Positions 49,400 through 62,812 of a stretch of 64,000 bases of DNA are shown here, piece after piece. The position numbers and the translations under genes are program-made. The DNA comes from Octopus bimaculoides (taxonomy: Eukaryota). The stretch covers positions 53,948,849 to 54,012,848 of the forward strand of contig NC_068999.1 in the NCBI RefSeq assembly GCF_001194135.2, written 5' to 3'. Every line of letters starts with the position of its first letter. Position 1 is the first letter of the stretch. The notes below the pieces were generated by a model. The model saw only the letters and a program-made list of their open reading frames with translations, had not been told where the DNA came from and searched no databases.

Positions 49400-50100
49400 G
49401 AATTTCTGTACACGAGGGTTCAGTTTGATCGCCTAAGCTACAAGACTTATTGAATTAGCGCTAAAGTTGGCGAGTATTCCACAGACGCGTGCACACCTAA
49501 TGCACTTCCGAAATCAGTGCAACAAGGCTGGCCGTTTGAATAACATACAATTCAATAGACGAGCTTTTTCTACTCAACTTCACTGAGAAGGTATGAGGTG
49601 ACTCGTAGGATATAGAAAATGACACTTGACCGAAATGTCACGCGACGGAATCAAAATTAAGGCCTCGTAATTGTGATGCAAACTCCTTAACCATTCCACC
49701 ATACTGTCGTATGTATTTGTGTGGATGTACAGTGGGGTGGCGGGGTAGGGTGTCGTGAGATGACGTTTCGCTTCTGACATCATCTGCACATTAAGTTTAT
49801 TTTTGTACGTACCTGCGCGTGTATATTACACTCCCGTTTATAGACATATACCATTTAAAATAATTAACCCGTGTGCACGCACGCACACAATGATGTCAGT
49901 TACATTTCCGTTCTTGCTATAATAATCATTAACCAGAAAACGAGCTGCAAATTTCTTCCGGTCTATCTTCACACACACATACATCACATACGTGTGATGT
50001 ATGTGTGTGTGTACCATCACGAACGAAGGAACGACTCGTGTTGTGTATACACACGTACTCACGCGCTTCGTGGTTGCTCGACCTGCTAAAAACAACTATC
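49400..50100 (-). promoter_or_regulatory. CpG-rich putative promoter / first-exon region
   Basis: Many CpG/CGCG compared with the depleted flanks; ETS-type motifs ACTTCCG (49504-49510) and CTTCCGG (49955-49961); strong minus-strand donors CAG|GTACGT (49812) and GC|GTGAGT (50062). Confidence 0.45.
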
Positions 50101-53100
50101 ACACCTCCATCAAATCACTCCCCATTTTAACAAAACATGATAATTGTGTTTTGAATGTGGTAACCAATCTGCTCACAATAAATTCGCAAACAATTATTTG
50201 TTTACTCAGCCTAGTTTATTCTACACCTACAATCACTCCACACCAAACAAAATTAGTCATAGTACAAAAATTAATGTTAACTAAGAACCAACATTTATTT
50301 CAGTCTCGATAATTTATTTCTATGAAAATGACATTCCCTCTCACTGTCCTAACCTGATGACCTCATCTTATTAAATCTGGCAATTAACAACAAAACAAAG
50401 TTGAGTGAAGCACTATCATCCGAGATACTCCTAAATAGATGGGATGGTCATGTCTGAAACGCCCTAGACCAGAGGCCTGTCAGCTTGAAATGAAGTCAAT
50501 TTATTGCCGATTTTCGTATTTCTTTGAGAAGAGGAAAATTTTTCAATATTTAAAATGTAATTCGATCCATTTGTGAGCCGTAAAAATATTGTCGATAAAC
50601 TTTTCGATCCATTTTGGTTCCTTTTTATCCGTGGAATGGTTGGATTTTACGCAGTTAAAATAACCGTTTTCTACCCTTTGTACGTGTGTGTGTGCGCGCG
50701 CATATATATTTTGATCCTCCCGTCTTGTAGTCTGCAAAACACCCTAGTAGAAATCAATAGAGCGTCAGATATTCTGAGTTCGAATCCCACCGAGGTCGAT
50801 TGTATTGATTATTCCCCTAGAAGACCTCAGATTTTGGGACTATATTGGAAGCAACAGTCAATTCATTCGACGAGTGCTTTTATCCTTTACGTTCTGAGTT
50901 CAAATACCGTCGGGGTTCAAATTTGTCTTTTAATCTCTGCGGGATCGATTTAATATTCTTGTAAAAACATTCTAGGTATGAATAGATTTATAAATCGCCC
51001 CCAAATTCACGTTATTGTGCCGATGTCAGAAACCCTGAGTCAATGAAACAAAAACATTGCTCCTAGTATTTTGCAAGCTTCTAAAGATAATTATTATAAA
51101 AGAATGAACGTCACACAATCTCGTCCACCCGGCCACTTTCTCATAAGTTCTTTTGGATTTGCTTAGTTTTACGATCCCGTAATATTTTCTTTAATCCAGT
51201 TTCTATGTCCGCAAAATAAGAAGCCGTTAGTTTCCCGCGGGACAATCACAGAAATTCAAATTACTGATATAAAATGTTCGTACTTCTTAGGCCACACCAA
51301 CGTCTACTTTTCCTTTCATCCCTTCGGGGCGAGAGATAAGGGACAGGGCTTAAATAGTACAAGTCATATATTGTGGTTGAATGAACTGACTCTATCTTTT
51401 TTCCCTTTACACATCTCATTTTTCGAACTGTTTTATCTTCGTCTTGCCATTAGTTTTCGTAAAGTCAACGGTGCACTCAGCAGCTAGAAATAGCAACCAA
51501 ATCACACCGTCCCGTATTTTTTTTTTTTTTTTAAGAAAAAAAAAACATTGGATAATTTAGCCCTACATATATCTCATTTATATAAAGACAGGATGGTCAC
51601 GACCAGAACGCTTTATATAATAGGCCTGCATCTTCAACAGTTGAGTATATGTATGTACTGCTTAAATAGATGGATTGAAACAACCGGTCTAACGATGTCA
51701 CCGTCGTCACCCATTATCCCCTTCTGTCAGTCACAACCGCTAATTATTGACGCCATCATCACAGTGACAACAGTTTAACCAACTTGTGCTCTCTGTCAAA
51801 GCCTGCCTTGTTAAACAGACACATGTGTCTGATGTTTAATTTCTAACCGTCATACCAAACTTAAAAGTCTTTCTTAATATAGCAAACTCCCTTATGCAAA
51901 TACACACACACACACACACACACACACTTGCTTCTATTTTCCAGTTTTACGTTCCGAAACTTTTAAAACTTATTTCTGAATTTAGAAGTTTGTCTTTTAT
52001 TCTTGTTGCTGTAGCTTTTACATCAATAATAACACAATAAAATTTTTAACAGAAGTATATATATATATATATATATATATATGGTGTTGACTACTGACTT
52101 TAGAGCGAGTCGCGACGTACTCGCTGTCAGAAATAGCAGCAAAATCTCCCTCCAGTCTTGAAAAAAAAAAAAGAGCACGTTGAATATTGTGGGCTTGGGT
52201 TTTCTGAACGGAAAAGACCAGAGTCTCAGCTGAAATGACTTTTATCTGGGACTAAACAGTATCTTCCAACGATGGCAAAATATATTTACAAAAATACGTA
52301 GCTGAACTTTTTAACTTTTGAGTGACTAGTTTTAGTGTGTATAAAGAGTAGCTCTATATTATTGCTGAACTTATATACAATTGACTTCATATTTTTACAG
52401 CAAAGTAAGTTGTTTTCATAAAGCTAATGCATTTAGTTTCCCCATATTACGGTTATATTCATATTGGAAAAATAATGAATTTTAGTCAACCTTGTGTAGA
52501 TTTACTACACACTCCAAACACTCCCTCATGTTTACCGTTTCTCTTGTGCTATTTCTTCATATTATGATACATTTAATAAAAAAAACGCCTCCTGACATCA
52601 CATGAAACCAACAAGGAAGCATTAATATGGTTTTCCTCTCGCCTGCTAAGAAATAACGGCCAAATTCCCTCCAATCACAACCCCGACTCACTTTTTTGAA
52701 AAAAAATATGGTACATTAAACTAGTCATGGGCAAACTGCGGCCCGCGTCATTTTTTGAATGACATTCCTAACAGAAAAAATGCCTTCATTTTTTTTTTTC
52801 TTTCTTTTTTAATTCTACACCGTCCGTGACTACGTTTTTTCCCCGACAATCTGCAATCAAATACGACACTGTCCAGTATATATTTTAAAGACTGACTTAA
52901 AGGAGATTTGACTGCTATTTCTAGCGTTTCACGTGATTCATAAGTCGCAGTTCATCTAGATTGAGTTTCCTTTTTTTTTTTCTGCTAAAAAATATAATGG
53001 TAACTTATTTCATGTACTGCAGTACATTATGTAATTATATATACGCACACACGTATACATACATTCAGATATAAACACACTATATACCATTATTTCGCAA

Positions 53101-53859
53101 GGTTTTCTTGAACATTTATTTTTAATTTCTCTCCCTACATTACAAAAACAAATAAAATTTAAATATTTCGAAGTTGTAAGAGAGTATGACAACTGCTATG
53201 AAATAAAATGTGTGTGATTATAAACGAAGTGTGACTGTAGACTATGCCAGACATTCTTGAACGCGGAGACTGTTTATATATATAAAATCAGTTGAAGACA
53301 CGTTAGAGCTGCTGTTTATAGTGTCGACACCCTATACACAAATATCTGTGTCATAATTTATAAAATGCTTACATTTAAATAGACATAGTTAAAACGTGCA
53401 ATATTTTCTTGAACTGATAGGTATATTCGTTGTCGACTTTTTTTTTTTTTTTAGTGCGGGTGTATAGAAATATGTATTAAATGCCATGGTACTTTTTGGT
53501 TATTTCATCCCCAATTAAAAAATTGACTTCACCACACTCCAGCATGCTGATATATTATTCTATGGGTTGGGCTCGCAGAATCAGCGAGTTGGAGAAAATC
53601 GTTTGCAGTATTTCTCCCGGATCTTTATGTTCTCAGTTCAAATCCTGCAAAGGCCAACTTTGCTTTCGTCCTCTTGGGGTCGATAAATAAAGTACCAGTC
53701 AAATATTAATATTAAGATCGATATTGTCGACTAATCTTCTCCCCACCTTTATGTCTGTTAGAAAAACTATTGCTTTTGGCGTTGCGTTACTGAAGATTAG
53801 GTCACTGTCGTGATTTGTGCCACATTTCTAGGAAATGACGTCATTTATTCTTTTCTATA

Positions 53860-54990
53860 GAAAGTGGTTATTCTTGATGGCTATCTCTGCTACTTTAGAG
53901 ATTGGAAGTGAGTGCGATAGCGCAATAGTTGGCATGGTCAGAGGTTACCTTTCTTAGGAATGGAAACAGCGATTTCCAAAGATCAGAGTGAACCCCTGTA
54001 CAAAGGGAAACATTGAAGAGTTTAGTGAGGGGTAATGGAAGAGACACAGTCAAGGCCAGTAGCCTTTTTGATGTGAAAGTGTGGAAATTTCCACACTTTA
54101 TATGTGCATAAGCAAACTGGTGAGTTGGAGATTTGTCAAGTACATGAAAATGTGGATTTGTCTGTAAAGTGAGCAGTGGAGGCTTTCTAGGTGGTGGGAA
54201 CTACTCACAGAACCATTGTGATATGGAGGAAAAGAAGATTCTGCAAAACTGGAGGAAATCCTTTCCTTTTGGCATATGACCAAAAGGATTGGCTGTAGTT
54301 TGGAAGGTGAGACAATTTCCAAACTACGATGTACGAAGTCATATTTCATGATTCAGATAACAGCCTCACAAAGGATAAATGCCACCCAGTTTTGAGATAT
54401 GTGTGAGTTTTGCCAGATGCTGAAGACTTTGCTTTATGCCTGATCAGCTTCAGCACAACTATGTGTGAATCTCTTGGGACATTGGATTATTGCTGTATGT
54501 AGGATGAATACTACAGTTATCTCTTCTGATGTATTTGCCTTAAGTATCATACGAAATGGCTTTTATAATCTAATACTATTTCTGCTGCATATGACGGATG
54601 GGCAGATTTTAATATGATGTCAGGAACCTCCCTAATGGAACATTTCCCAACGGATAGTTTGGATGAAAAAGAAGGGTTAAATACCCTCTGCTGTCACCAC
54701 ATCTAATACTATTCGACTTCTTGTGGAGGGTACCTTAAAGTCATTCTCAAAGTCGCAAAATCAAAATCACTTCTTAAAGAATTAAAGATTACAATACAAG
54801 AGAATTGTCACGAAATTATGAGAAGCTTTAAGTGATATCTGAGACTTGTGCCTTGACAATTCAAGGCAGGACAAGATCAGAGAGAATAGGAGACACGAGA
54901 AACAGATGGTCATTGAAGAGACACAGAATGTGATGTGTGACGAAAGAACTCTGGCAAATAATAATAATAATAACTGAAGACCAAATAGTG
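53860..54990 (-). mobile_element. Degenerate CR1-like LINE (APE-to-RT region)
   Basis: Minus-strand fragments FWSYAKRK, GLDCVSSI and IPKKGNL..ANY.AIALTSNL resemble GPDGIP and PIPKKG....NYRPIALTS; many stops and frameshifts. Confidence 0.65.
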
Positions 54991-55990
54991 TGTTAATTGG
55001 CAAAATGACGGTAGCCAAATGTGTGTGTGTGTGTGTATAAGATTATATATTAGTTTAAACGGAATTTGTAACTATTTAATCAATAAATATTCAATATATA
55101 TATATATATATATTGATATGTTGAATATACTTAGCTTTCAGATAAATCACTTCTAATTAACACAGTGTGAAATATTTTCCTAGGACACATTCTCTGTGTA
55201 TGTGTGGTGTGTGTATGATTTTTGTATACTTCTGTTTAAAAATGAGGGAATTTAAGGTAAATTACGCTATATAGTGAATGTATTTATTAAAACGATAACT
55301 TTTACAAGACTAGTCTTGCAATATAATAGGACTCAAAACATGGACATGTATATATTTTTTATTAATGTTTCAGAAGCAACTCAAGAGCCGAGAGTTACGT
55401 GCTTTAGAACTCCTTGCTAAGTGCTATCGCACGAAACTCTTCAGCCCTTGAGTCACTTTGTTTCTTCTGCTATATATGTATATATATAGATATATATATA
55501 TATGTGTGTGAGAGAGAGAGAGATAATATATATAAAGGTGCTTTTACCATACAAGGCGTATTATATATGTGTCAATATATAATATAAAGCAGACGACGCT
55601 ATGTTTATGTTACATTAAAAAGAAAGTCTACATTCACAAGCACATTGCATACATAACCAGCTGACAAACCGCAGTGACGTGTAATTTAAAAAACAGACGT
55701 TAAAGATGAGACGTTGCTTAAGAAAGATATTTTATTTGTTGGTAGCCTTCACAGCTTAGTCATGTGGAGATAGTTCTGGGATATAACCAACTCTTAGAGT
55801 AGTTTTCATTGTTCTCTACATTTTCCCACATTTGACCAAGACACATTTTACAGTAGAACTGTAGGTCATATTGTGACACAATAATCAACATTAGTCACAT
55901 TTTCTTGGTTCATTTGGTCATTATTATTATTAGTGGAGACCAGCCTGTTTTATATTTGGTCACTTGCCACACAGGAGATCAGTGTACTGC

Positions 55991-56028
<38 letters not shown>

Positions 56029-56103
56029 NNNNNNNNNNATTATTAGTGGAGACCAGCCTGTTTTATATTTGGTCACTTGCCACACAGGAGATCAGTGTAC
56101 TGC

Positions 56104-56155
<52 letters not shown>

Positions 56156-56829
56156 AACATTACTTTCTAACAGACCCAGGCTAAGAGACAGGAGAATTGA
56201 AATATTGCTATTATCTTAATACAGGGGCGTTAATATTTTGGCGGCATTTTTTTGAAAATAACTATTCCTCGAGTCTCCAACTTTTCTTGGAATAGGGGGA
56301 AAGGGGAATTTTTTCCCCTTTATTTTTACTTTTGCATTCTTACGGAAATAACGATTCTGAAAAAAAATGTTTTAAATAATTTTTTGTTTCTTACTTCCAT
56401 ACCGTTTCCTTTCCCACAAGGCACGGGACTTCGAGCCACAGCTATTCCTAAATTCCGCCCATATTTTTATTACTATTATTTTAGTCGGTGCTTTATTGTT
56501 TTGTATATAACACAAAATTAGTTTCTAATGTGTCTAGTCAGCATAAACTTTTGATTCTCATTCTGTCAGAGTATTTCTCTTTTTTTCTCTCAATTTATAG
56601 CCTTGTCTACGCAAGAAAACCCCACCAGAATTTATTTGCTGTCCCCAGTGTTAAAAATATTTTTTAAAAATCTCATTAAATATCACTGAAATTGACTTTG
56701 TCTTCCATAGTTTCATAATTGATTCACCACCAGCACCTGAGGTCCATAAACTATGGGCATCAGAAATAAAATCCTGTGACATTCATATATTTTCCAACCT
56801 TAGCCCAGTAGAACACCTAACAGTAATAT

Positions 56830-56979
56830 TGGTTTCAAAATTTGGCACAAGACCAGGAATTTCTGGTATGCTCAACTGGTATTTATTTTATCCACCCCCG
56901 AAAGGATGAAAGACAAAGTCGACCCCGGCAGCATTTGAACTCAGAACGTAAAGATAGACGAAATGCTGCCAGGCCTTAT
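56830..56979 (-). mobile_element. SINE family B copy with 13-bp target-site duplication
   Basis: ctaacagtaatat at 56817-56829 and 56980-56992. Confidence 0.85.
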
Positions 56980-58492
56980 CTAACAGTAATATCATCGAGG
57001 TAAAGAATACGCGCACCACCCGTTTTCGGCATAACCCTAACCCTAAACTCCGGGTGTGCGTATTCTTTACCTTCGCCTTTATCTCAATTACATTCAAAGC
57101 CGTGATAGCCTTGACCGTTTCCCTAGTCTACATTATGGAATGAATCCAGGTTAAAAAGTCACGGTAATAAAGTAACAGGGGTTTTGTCCGGATCCCATAA
57201 ATTAATTGTGACTTTATTACCGATCACCTATGGGATGTATCTTTTCCATATTTAAGTTGGTAGTGTGTGATTCTGAAGTTTGACTGCTATTTGTAGGAAA
57301 TCGATTGATCACGAGACTTTTTATATACTCGGGTCGACTCAGTAGATTACAAATTTGTGGTGTTTTGCCAATGTAAGAAATCTCTCGTCTTCTTTCCACC
57401 TTCACTATGTCCGAACTTATCTAAATTTCCAAACTTTTTCTGGTTCTTCACACCCCGCCCCGTCAACCCTGGTTGAGCAGACATAGGTAGGGTTAGAGGC
57501 ATTCCATTACAACCGTGATCATCCTGTCTCTTTTTTTTTCTACACAATAAATGTCTTTAAGCAGAGGCAATTGACGTGTGGGAGTTTGGGCTGCTATTTC
57601 TAGTAGGGTTTGCCACCACGTAATAATGGTAGTGTTGATTACACTGTCGTTAAAATGTTATTTTGAATAGAAAGAAATGTTTTGTTTTGTTTTTTATTGA
57701 AAACGGATATTGTTTGTATATAAATATATTTGTATATACACAGTCGAATACGGAAACTGATTATATATGTAAAATGGTTGGTTGATAAGTTCAATGTTGC
57801 TTGTCCTGTGAATAAATTTTCACTACTAACATTTGTATTTCCCGCTTAAAACAGTTGAGTGCAACGGGCAAATCTCCAGTACCAAATCCCCTCCAAATTA
57901 TCCTAACTACTTAAAATAAGAAAGACAACATTAGTCTACTGGAATGCTTCGCTGCTCGTGCAGGACCGACCTGTGGCTAAACAACTATCTTGACGGTTAC
58001 TACTATCATCTCCACCTCCACCACAATGAATTAATCTCACATTAGCTTTAGCTCCACCACCACCACACTCACTATCATGATACCAACTTTCACCTTATCT
58101 TTGGCCGTTACAAGATATATAAAAGTCCTTTGTTCTCTTCAAACCTGGCGCCAATTTTCAAACGCCCTCTTTACAACTGAATCTATTATTTTACTGTTCT
58201 ATTTATCAAAAAATATCTTCTTCTCAAGTAACCTTGTAAATTATGTCATACAAATATTTTCCCAAATCTCAAATAGCTTCAAAATATTTTGAACTTTTTT
58301 TTAATGTCATGTTATAAACCTGGATAAATAAACACGAACAAATTAAAAAAGACTTATTTAACTTTAAATATGCTTGTTGCGTGTTGTTACTATATTTGTT
58401 ATGTACAAAATATAATTTACTTCATGTTAGGATAATACTTGGTATGTGTACGTGCAGGAAAGTGCCTTTAAATGATAATATTTTTAAATAGT

Positions 58493-58874
58493 TTACTCTT
58501 TTACTTGTTTCAGTCTTTTAACTGCGGCCATGCTGGAGCACCGCCTTTAGTCGAGCAAATCGACCCCAGGACTTATTCTTTAGAAGCCTAGTACTTATTC
58601 TATCGGTCTCTTTTGCCGAACCGCAAAGTTACGGGGACATAAACACACCAGCATCGGTTGTCAAGCGATGTTGGGGGGACAAACACAGACACACAAACAC
58701 ATACATACATACATATATATATATATACGACGGGCTTCTTTCAGTTTCCGTCTACCAAATCCACTCACAAGGCTTTGGTCGGCCCGAGGCTATAGTAGAA
58801 GACACTTGCCCAAGATGCCACGCAGAGGGACTGAACCCGGGACCATGTGGTTGGTAAGCAAGCTACTTACCACA
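58493..58874 (-). mobile_element. SINE family A, near full-length, low divergence
   Basis: Close reverse complement of 6865-7283. Confidence 0.9.
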
Positions 58875-60519
58875 TAAACCTATAATTTCCAGTAATATAT
58901 ATATATATGTGTGTGTATAATTTTTTCAAGTGTAATTTCAACTATGTTCTTTCTGTTCAGTGGTTCGGTTTAGACAAATATTTAGCTTTTAATGACTTGA
59001 ATAAATAAATATATGCTCCAGCATGGCCAGTCTCTGGCTGAAACCGACAACAGAATATATGTACAACTAGCTCAATGACACTTATGCTTTGCAACCACGT
59101 GGTCTGCATTCCATTCCGTGACGCGTGCACTTTAAGCATGTGTTTTTAAATTATGTCGAAGGCCGCCGTATTTCCTCTCGTAAGTCTTGTAACTTAGCGG
59201 TTTGACAAATAAATTGCGATAATTGAGGCGATGCTACAACATAACCACAGTCTAGTGACTAAAATCAATAAAAGAATATACTTTCATTGATTGATTGCGT
59301 GTGTGTATATATAGGGATCCGGACAAAAGCCCCATAATTAAAGTGTGAAAGTAGACAAAAGCCCCTATGACTAAAAAAAACTTTTAGCCATTATCATCCT
59401 TTTGTTTGGTGCAGTTAGATTAGGCTTCTATCTCTAACCGGTTGAATGATCGCAAAGAGGACCCTAATTGTGTTATTTCTAATTATACTGGCATCTATAT
59501 ACATATATGATGCAGAATAAAAATGACACAAAATAAAAAGTAATTTAGCTAATTCAGTTCATTATGAATCAATCTCAATAGGTGTTGTTTCATTATTTCC
59601 TATTTTCATATTTACCACCTCCCCAAAACAAAACACTCAGTTTTATTCCACAAGTGTTCTTTAATATTACTGCTCTTTTAATACCCCCAACGCATTAATA
59701 TTAATAGTCGGGTTGTTTTCGCTTCACATAACTAATGCCTCCAAGAAAAACTTGCCCATTACAACTTCACTTCGGCGATCATTGAGTTTAAAAATATAAA
59801 ACTTCACTGGCTGTTGTTCATCAGTAGTTATGATAAAAAGTGAAAGTGATACTTTAAATTCGCCTCTCTTAAATATAGTTAACACAAAGTTAATTCTTTA
59901 CCAACCATATAGGGAAAAGGATGGTAGAACACCGAACTAAGTGCTTCACATCGAATGTAATCTCATTCTAAGATCTAATCCTGTCTATTTTAATTTTGTG
60001 TCTTTGGCATCAGTTAAAAATCAAGTACAATTTTATACTATTAGAATCATCAATTTGATTCACTATACTTATTGCGAATGCACAAAGGCGTGTGAGACAT
60101 TTGTACCACACATTCTTGCAAAAGCATGATTGTCACAACATACCCATTGCATTCTTTCTACCAAGATGTAAAGATAGCTGGTCGTTATAGCCAAGTCCTT
60201 TTTTGAAAAACTTTATGATTGTCAAGGGATTGCGTGTGTGTTGGCAGTGTTGTTTAGCTCTCAGTTACTACCTTCAACGTGCGGGACGGTCTGCACCCCC
60301 TTCTTCTTTCTCTACTCTCATTCTCTCTGCCTTATTCCCATTTCAAAATTGATATATAATCCACCGCCAACAATAACCGTTTTTTATACCGCCAACATCC
60401 AGCACTGTTCCTACTACACGCACCATAGTTGTTTAAAATCGTATACATAGCTACATGTATAATAATATATAAACATACTAGTCGACTATAAGTACAACCT
60501 TGATTATGGCCGTTTTATT

Positions 60520-60591
<72 letters not shown>

Positions 60592-60605
60592 CGTGTGCGT
60601 ATGTT

Positions 60606-60800
60606 TTATCTTCTACTTGTTTCAGTTATTGAACTGCGGCTATACTGGAGCACAACCTTGAAACGTTTTAGTCGAACATATCTATTCCAGTACTTTTTTA
60701 AAAAATCTAAGTCTACTACTTATTCTATCAGTCTCTTTTTGCCGAACTGCTTACAGGGACGTAAACTAACCAACACCGGCTGTCAAGCGGTAGTGGGACA
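60606..60800 (-). mobile_element. SINE family A, 3' half
   Basis: ttctacttgtttcagttattg...tgtcaagcggtagtggg. Confidence 0.75.
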
Positions 60801-60910
60801 CACACATATACAGAGTCTTTTATATCCGTTTCAAATTTTGGCACAAGACCAGCAGTTTCGGGAGACGTGCTGACGACTCTGCAAGCTCACTACCTTAATG
60901 TCCCTTTATA

Positions 60911-61111
60911 TTGGTTTCAAATTTTGGCACAAGGGCAGCAGTTTGGACGATTACCTCGACCCCAGTGTTGAACTGGCACGTATTTTATCGACCACGAAAG
61001 GATGAAAAGCAAAGTCGACCTCGGCGGAATTTGAACTCAAAACGTACAGACGGACGAAATGCCGCTAAGCTTTGTGCCCGGCATGCTAAGTGTTCTGCCA
61101 GCTCGCCGCCC
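60911..61111 (-). mobile_element. SINE family B, full-length, low divergence
   Basis: ttggtttcaaattttggcac...ttctgccagctcgccgcc. Confidence 0.88.
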
Positions 61112-61511
61112 TGAAGAGCCTTTATACTGAAACTGAGTTTATCTCGGAAATCAAATCTAGGGACAAACTTGGTTTCAATAATAAAAAAAAATCCTACATA
61201 TACCAGGTAGTGCTATTAAGTTAGACATACTGACCGAAACCTATNNNNNNNNNNNNNNNNNNNNNNNNNNNNNNNNNNNNNNNNNNNNNNNNNNNNNNNN
61301 NNNNNNNNNNNNNNNNNNNNNNNNNNNNNNNNNNNNNNNNNNNNNNNNNNNNNNNNNNNNNNNNNNNNNNNNNNNNNNNNNNNNNNNNNNNNNNNNNNNN
61401 NNNNNNNNNNNNNNNNNNNNNNNNNNNNNNNNNNNNNNNNNNNNNNNNNNNNNNNNNNNNNNNNNNNNNNNNNNNNNNNNNNNNNNNNNNNNNNNNNNNN
61501 NNNNNNNNNNN

Positions 61512-61708
61512 CCAAAAGTAGGCTTACAGTTATAACGTAGGCACTTTAAATTTCTATCTTACAAACTGAAAAGGAGCTCGATAAAATTAGCTAAATTAGC
61601 ATAGAATAATGGTTTCATATTTTTTTATAATTAAGATCTAAACTGTTAATATATGAATGCGAAAGAGATAGCTGAATAATTGTAAACCTACTTTTGGGCC
61701 ACCCTGTA
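61512..61708. mobile_element. Tc1/mariner-type MITE (left TIR truncated by a gap)
   Basis: ccaaaagtaggcttaca ... tgtaaacctacttttgggccaccctg, followed by TA. Confidence 0.75.
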
Positions 61709-61734
61709 TATATATACGTGTGTGTGTGTGTGCC

Positions 61735-61777
<43 letters not shown>

Positions 61778-61934
61778 CGACGGACCTCCATACACAAAAC
61801 ATTGGTCAATTTGTCTGTATAGAAAACTATTACCCAAGGTACTGTTCAGTAGAACTGAAGCTGAAACCAGGTTGTTAAGCAAGCTTCTTAATCGCACAAC
61901 CATGACTGCACGTATCTTGCGTGCAGTTCTTCAC

Positions 61935-62210
61935 AAATAATGGAAACAACGTCCAACGAAAGAAGAGCTTTGGAAACAAACCCAACATATCAAGCATTTG
62001 AGAGGAGAGGACAAGATATTCTGATCACTGCAGTTGAAGCAAAGATGAATCAGTGAGCTCCTATTGTGGATCTCGAGCCATGAGAATTCTCGTGTCAGAC
62101 GACACAGTAACGTACTGAGCATTGATTAACTCTCCCGTGATGTAGAGTTACAAATTGAAAACCTCGAAAATGTCATGGAAGACAGGACTGCTTGGAGAAA
62201 ACAAAGTGGT
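61935..62210 (+). mobile_element. RTE-type LINE ORF2 C-terminal relic
   Basis: WKQRPTKEEL...DHC..SKDESVS...ELQIENLENVMEDRTAWRKQ across frameshifts. Confidence 0.65.
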
Positions 62211-62516
62211 TTTAGTTTGGGCATCACGTTCGAAACGATATATATCGACTAAACATTAACCGCGCCAATCTCACCCAATGAGAAGACTACAAAAATCACG
62301 AGCTCTGCTATTATCCCTCTGACTAAATTATAAAAGAGAAAAAGAAAAGACTAAAATACATACAGCTTCAACAACAACGGCAACAGATATTGTTTTGCAA
62401 GATGTACGTAATTGCCACAGAGGGTGACATTCATTCAGCTACACAATTAAGAAGGCCAAGAAACTATTATTTCTCTTAGCTTAATTTGTTTATTATGCAA
62501 ATTAATCTACCCTTAT

Positions 62517-62812
62517 ATTTTACTTGTTTCAGTCATTGGACTACGACCATGCAGCAGCACCGCCTCGAAGGATTTAGTCAAATAAATCTACTCCAGTACT
62601 TATTTTTAAGTCTTATATTTATTCTATCGGTTACTTATACCAAACTGCTAAGTCACAGGGGCGTAAACAAACCAGCCAGTTGTCAAGCAGAGTCAAGGAC
62701 AAACGGAAAGATGCACACATATATATACGACGATCTTCTTCACAGTTTCCCTCTACCAAATTCACTTACAAAGCATTGGTTGGCCCGGGGCTGTTGTAGA
62801 AGACACTTGTCT
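62517..62812 (-). mobile_element. SINE family A, 5'-truncated
   Basis: tttacttgtttcagtcattgg...gtagaagacacttg. Confidence 0.8.

Noticed and set aside
55922-56135. ~75-bp exact tandem duplication
   Set aside because: The copies flank a 10-N gap and end in (TA)n, typical of overlapping contig ends; most likely an assembly artefact.
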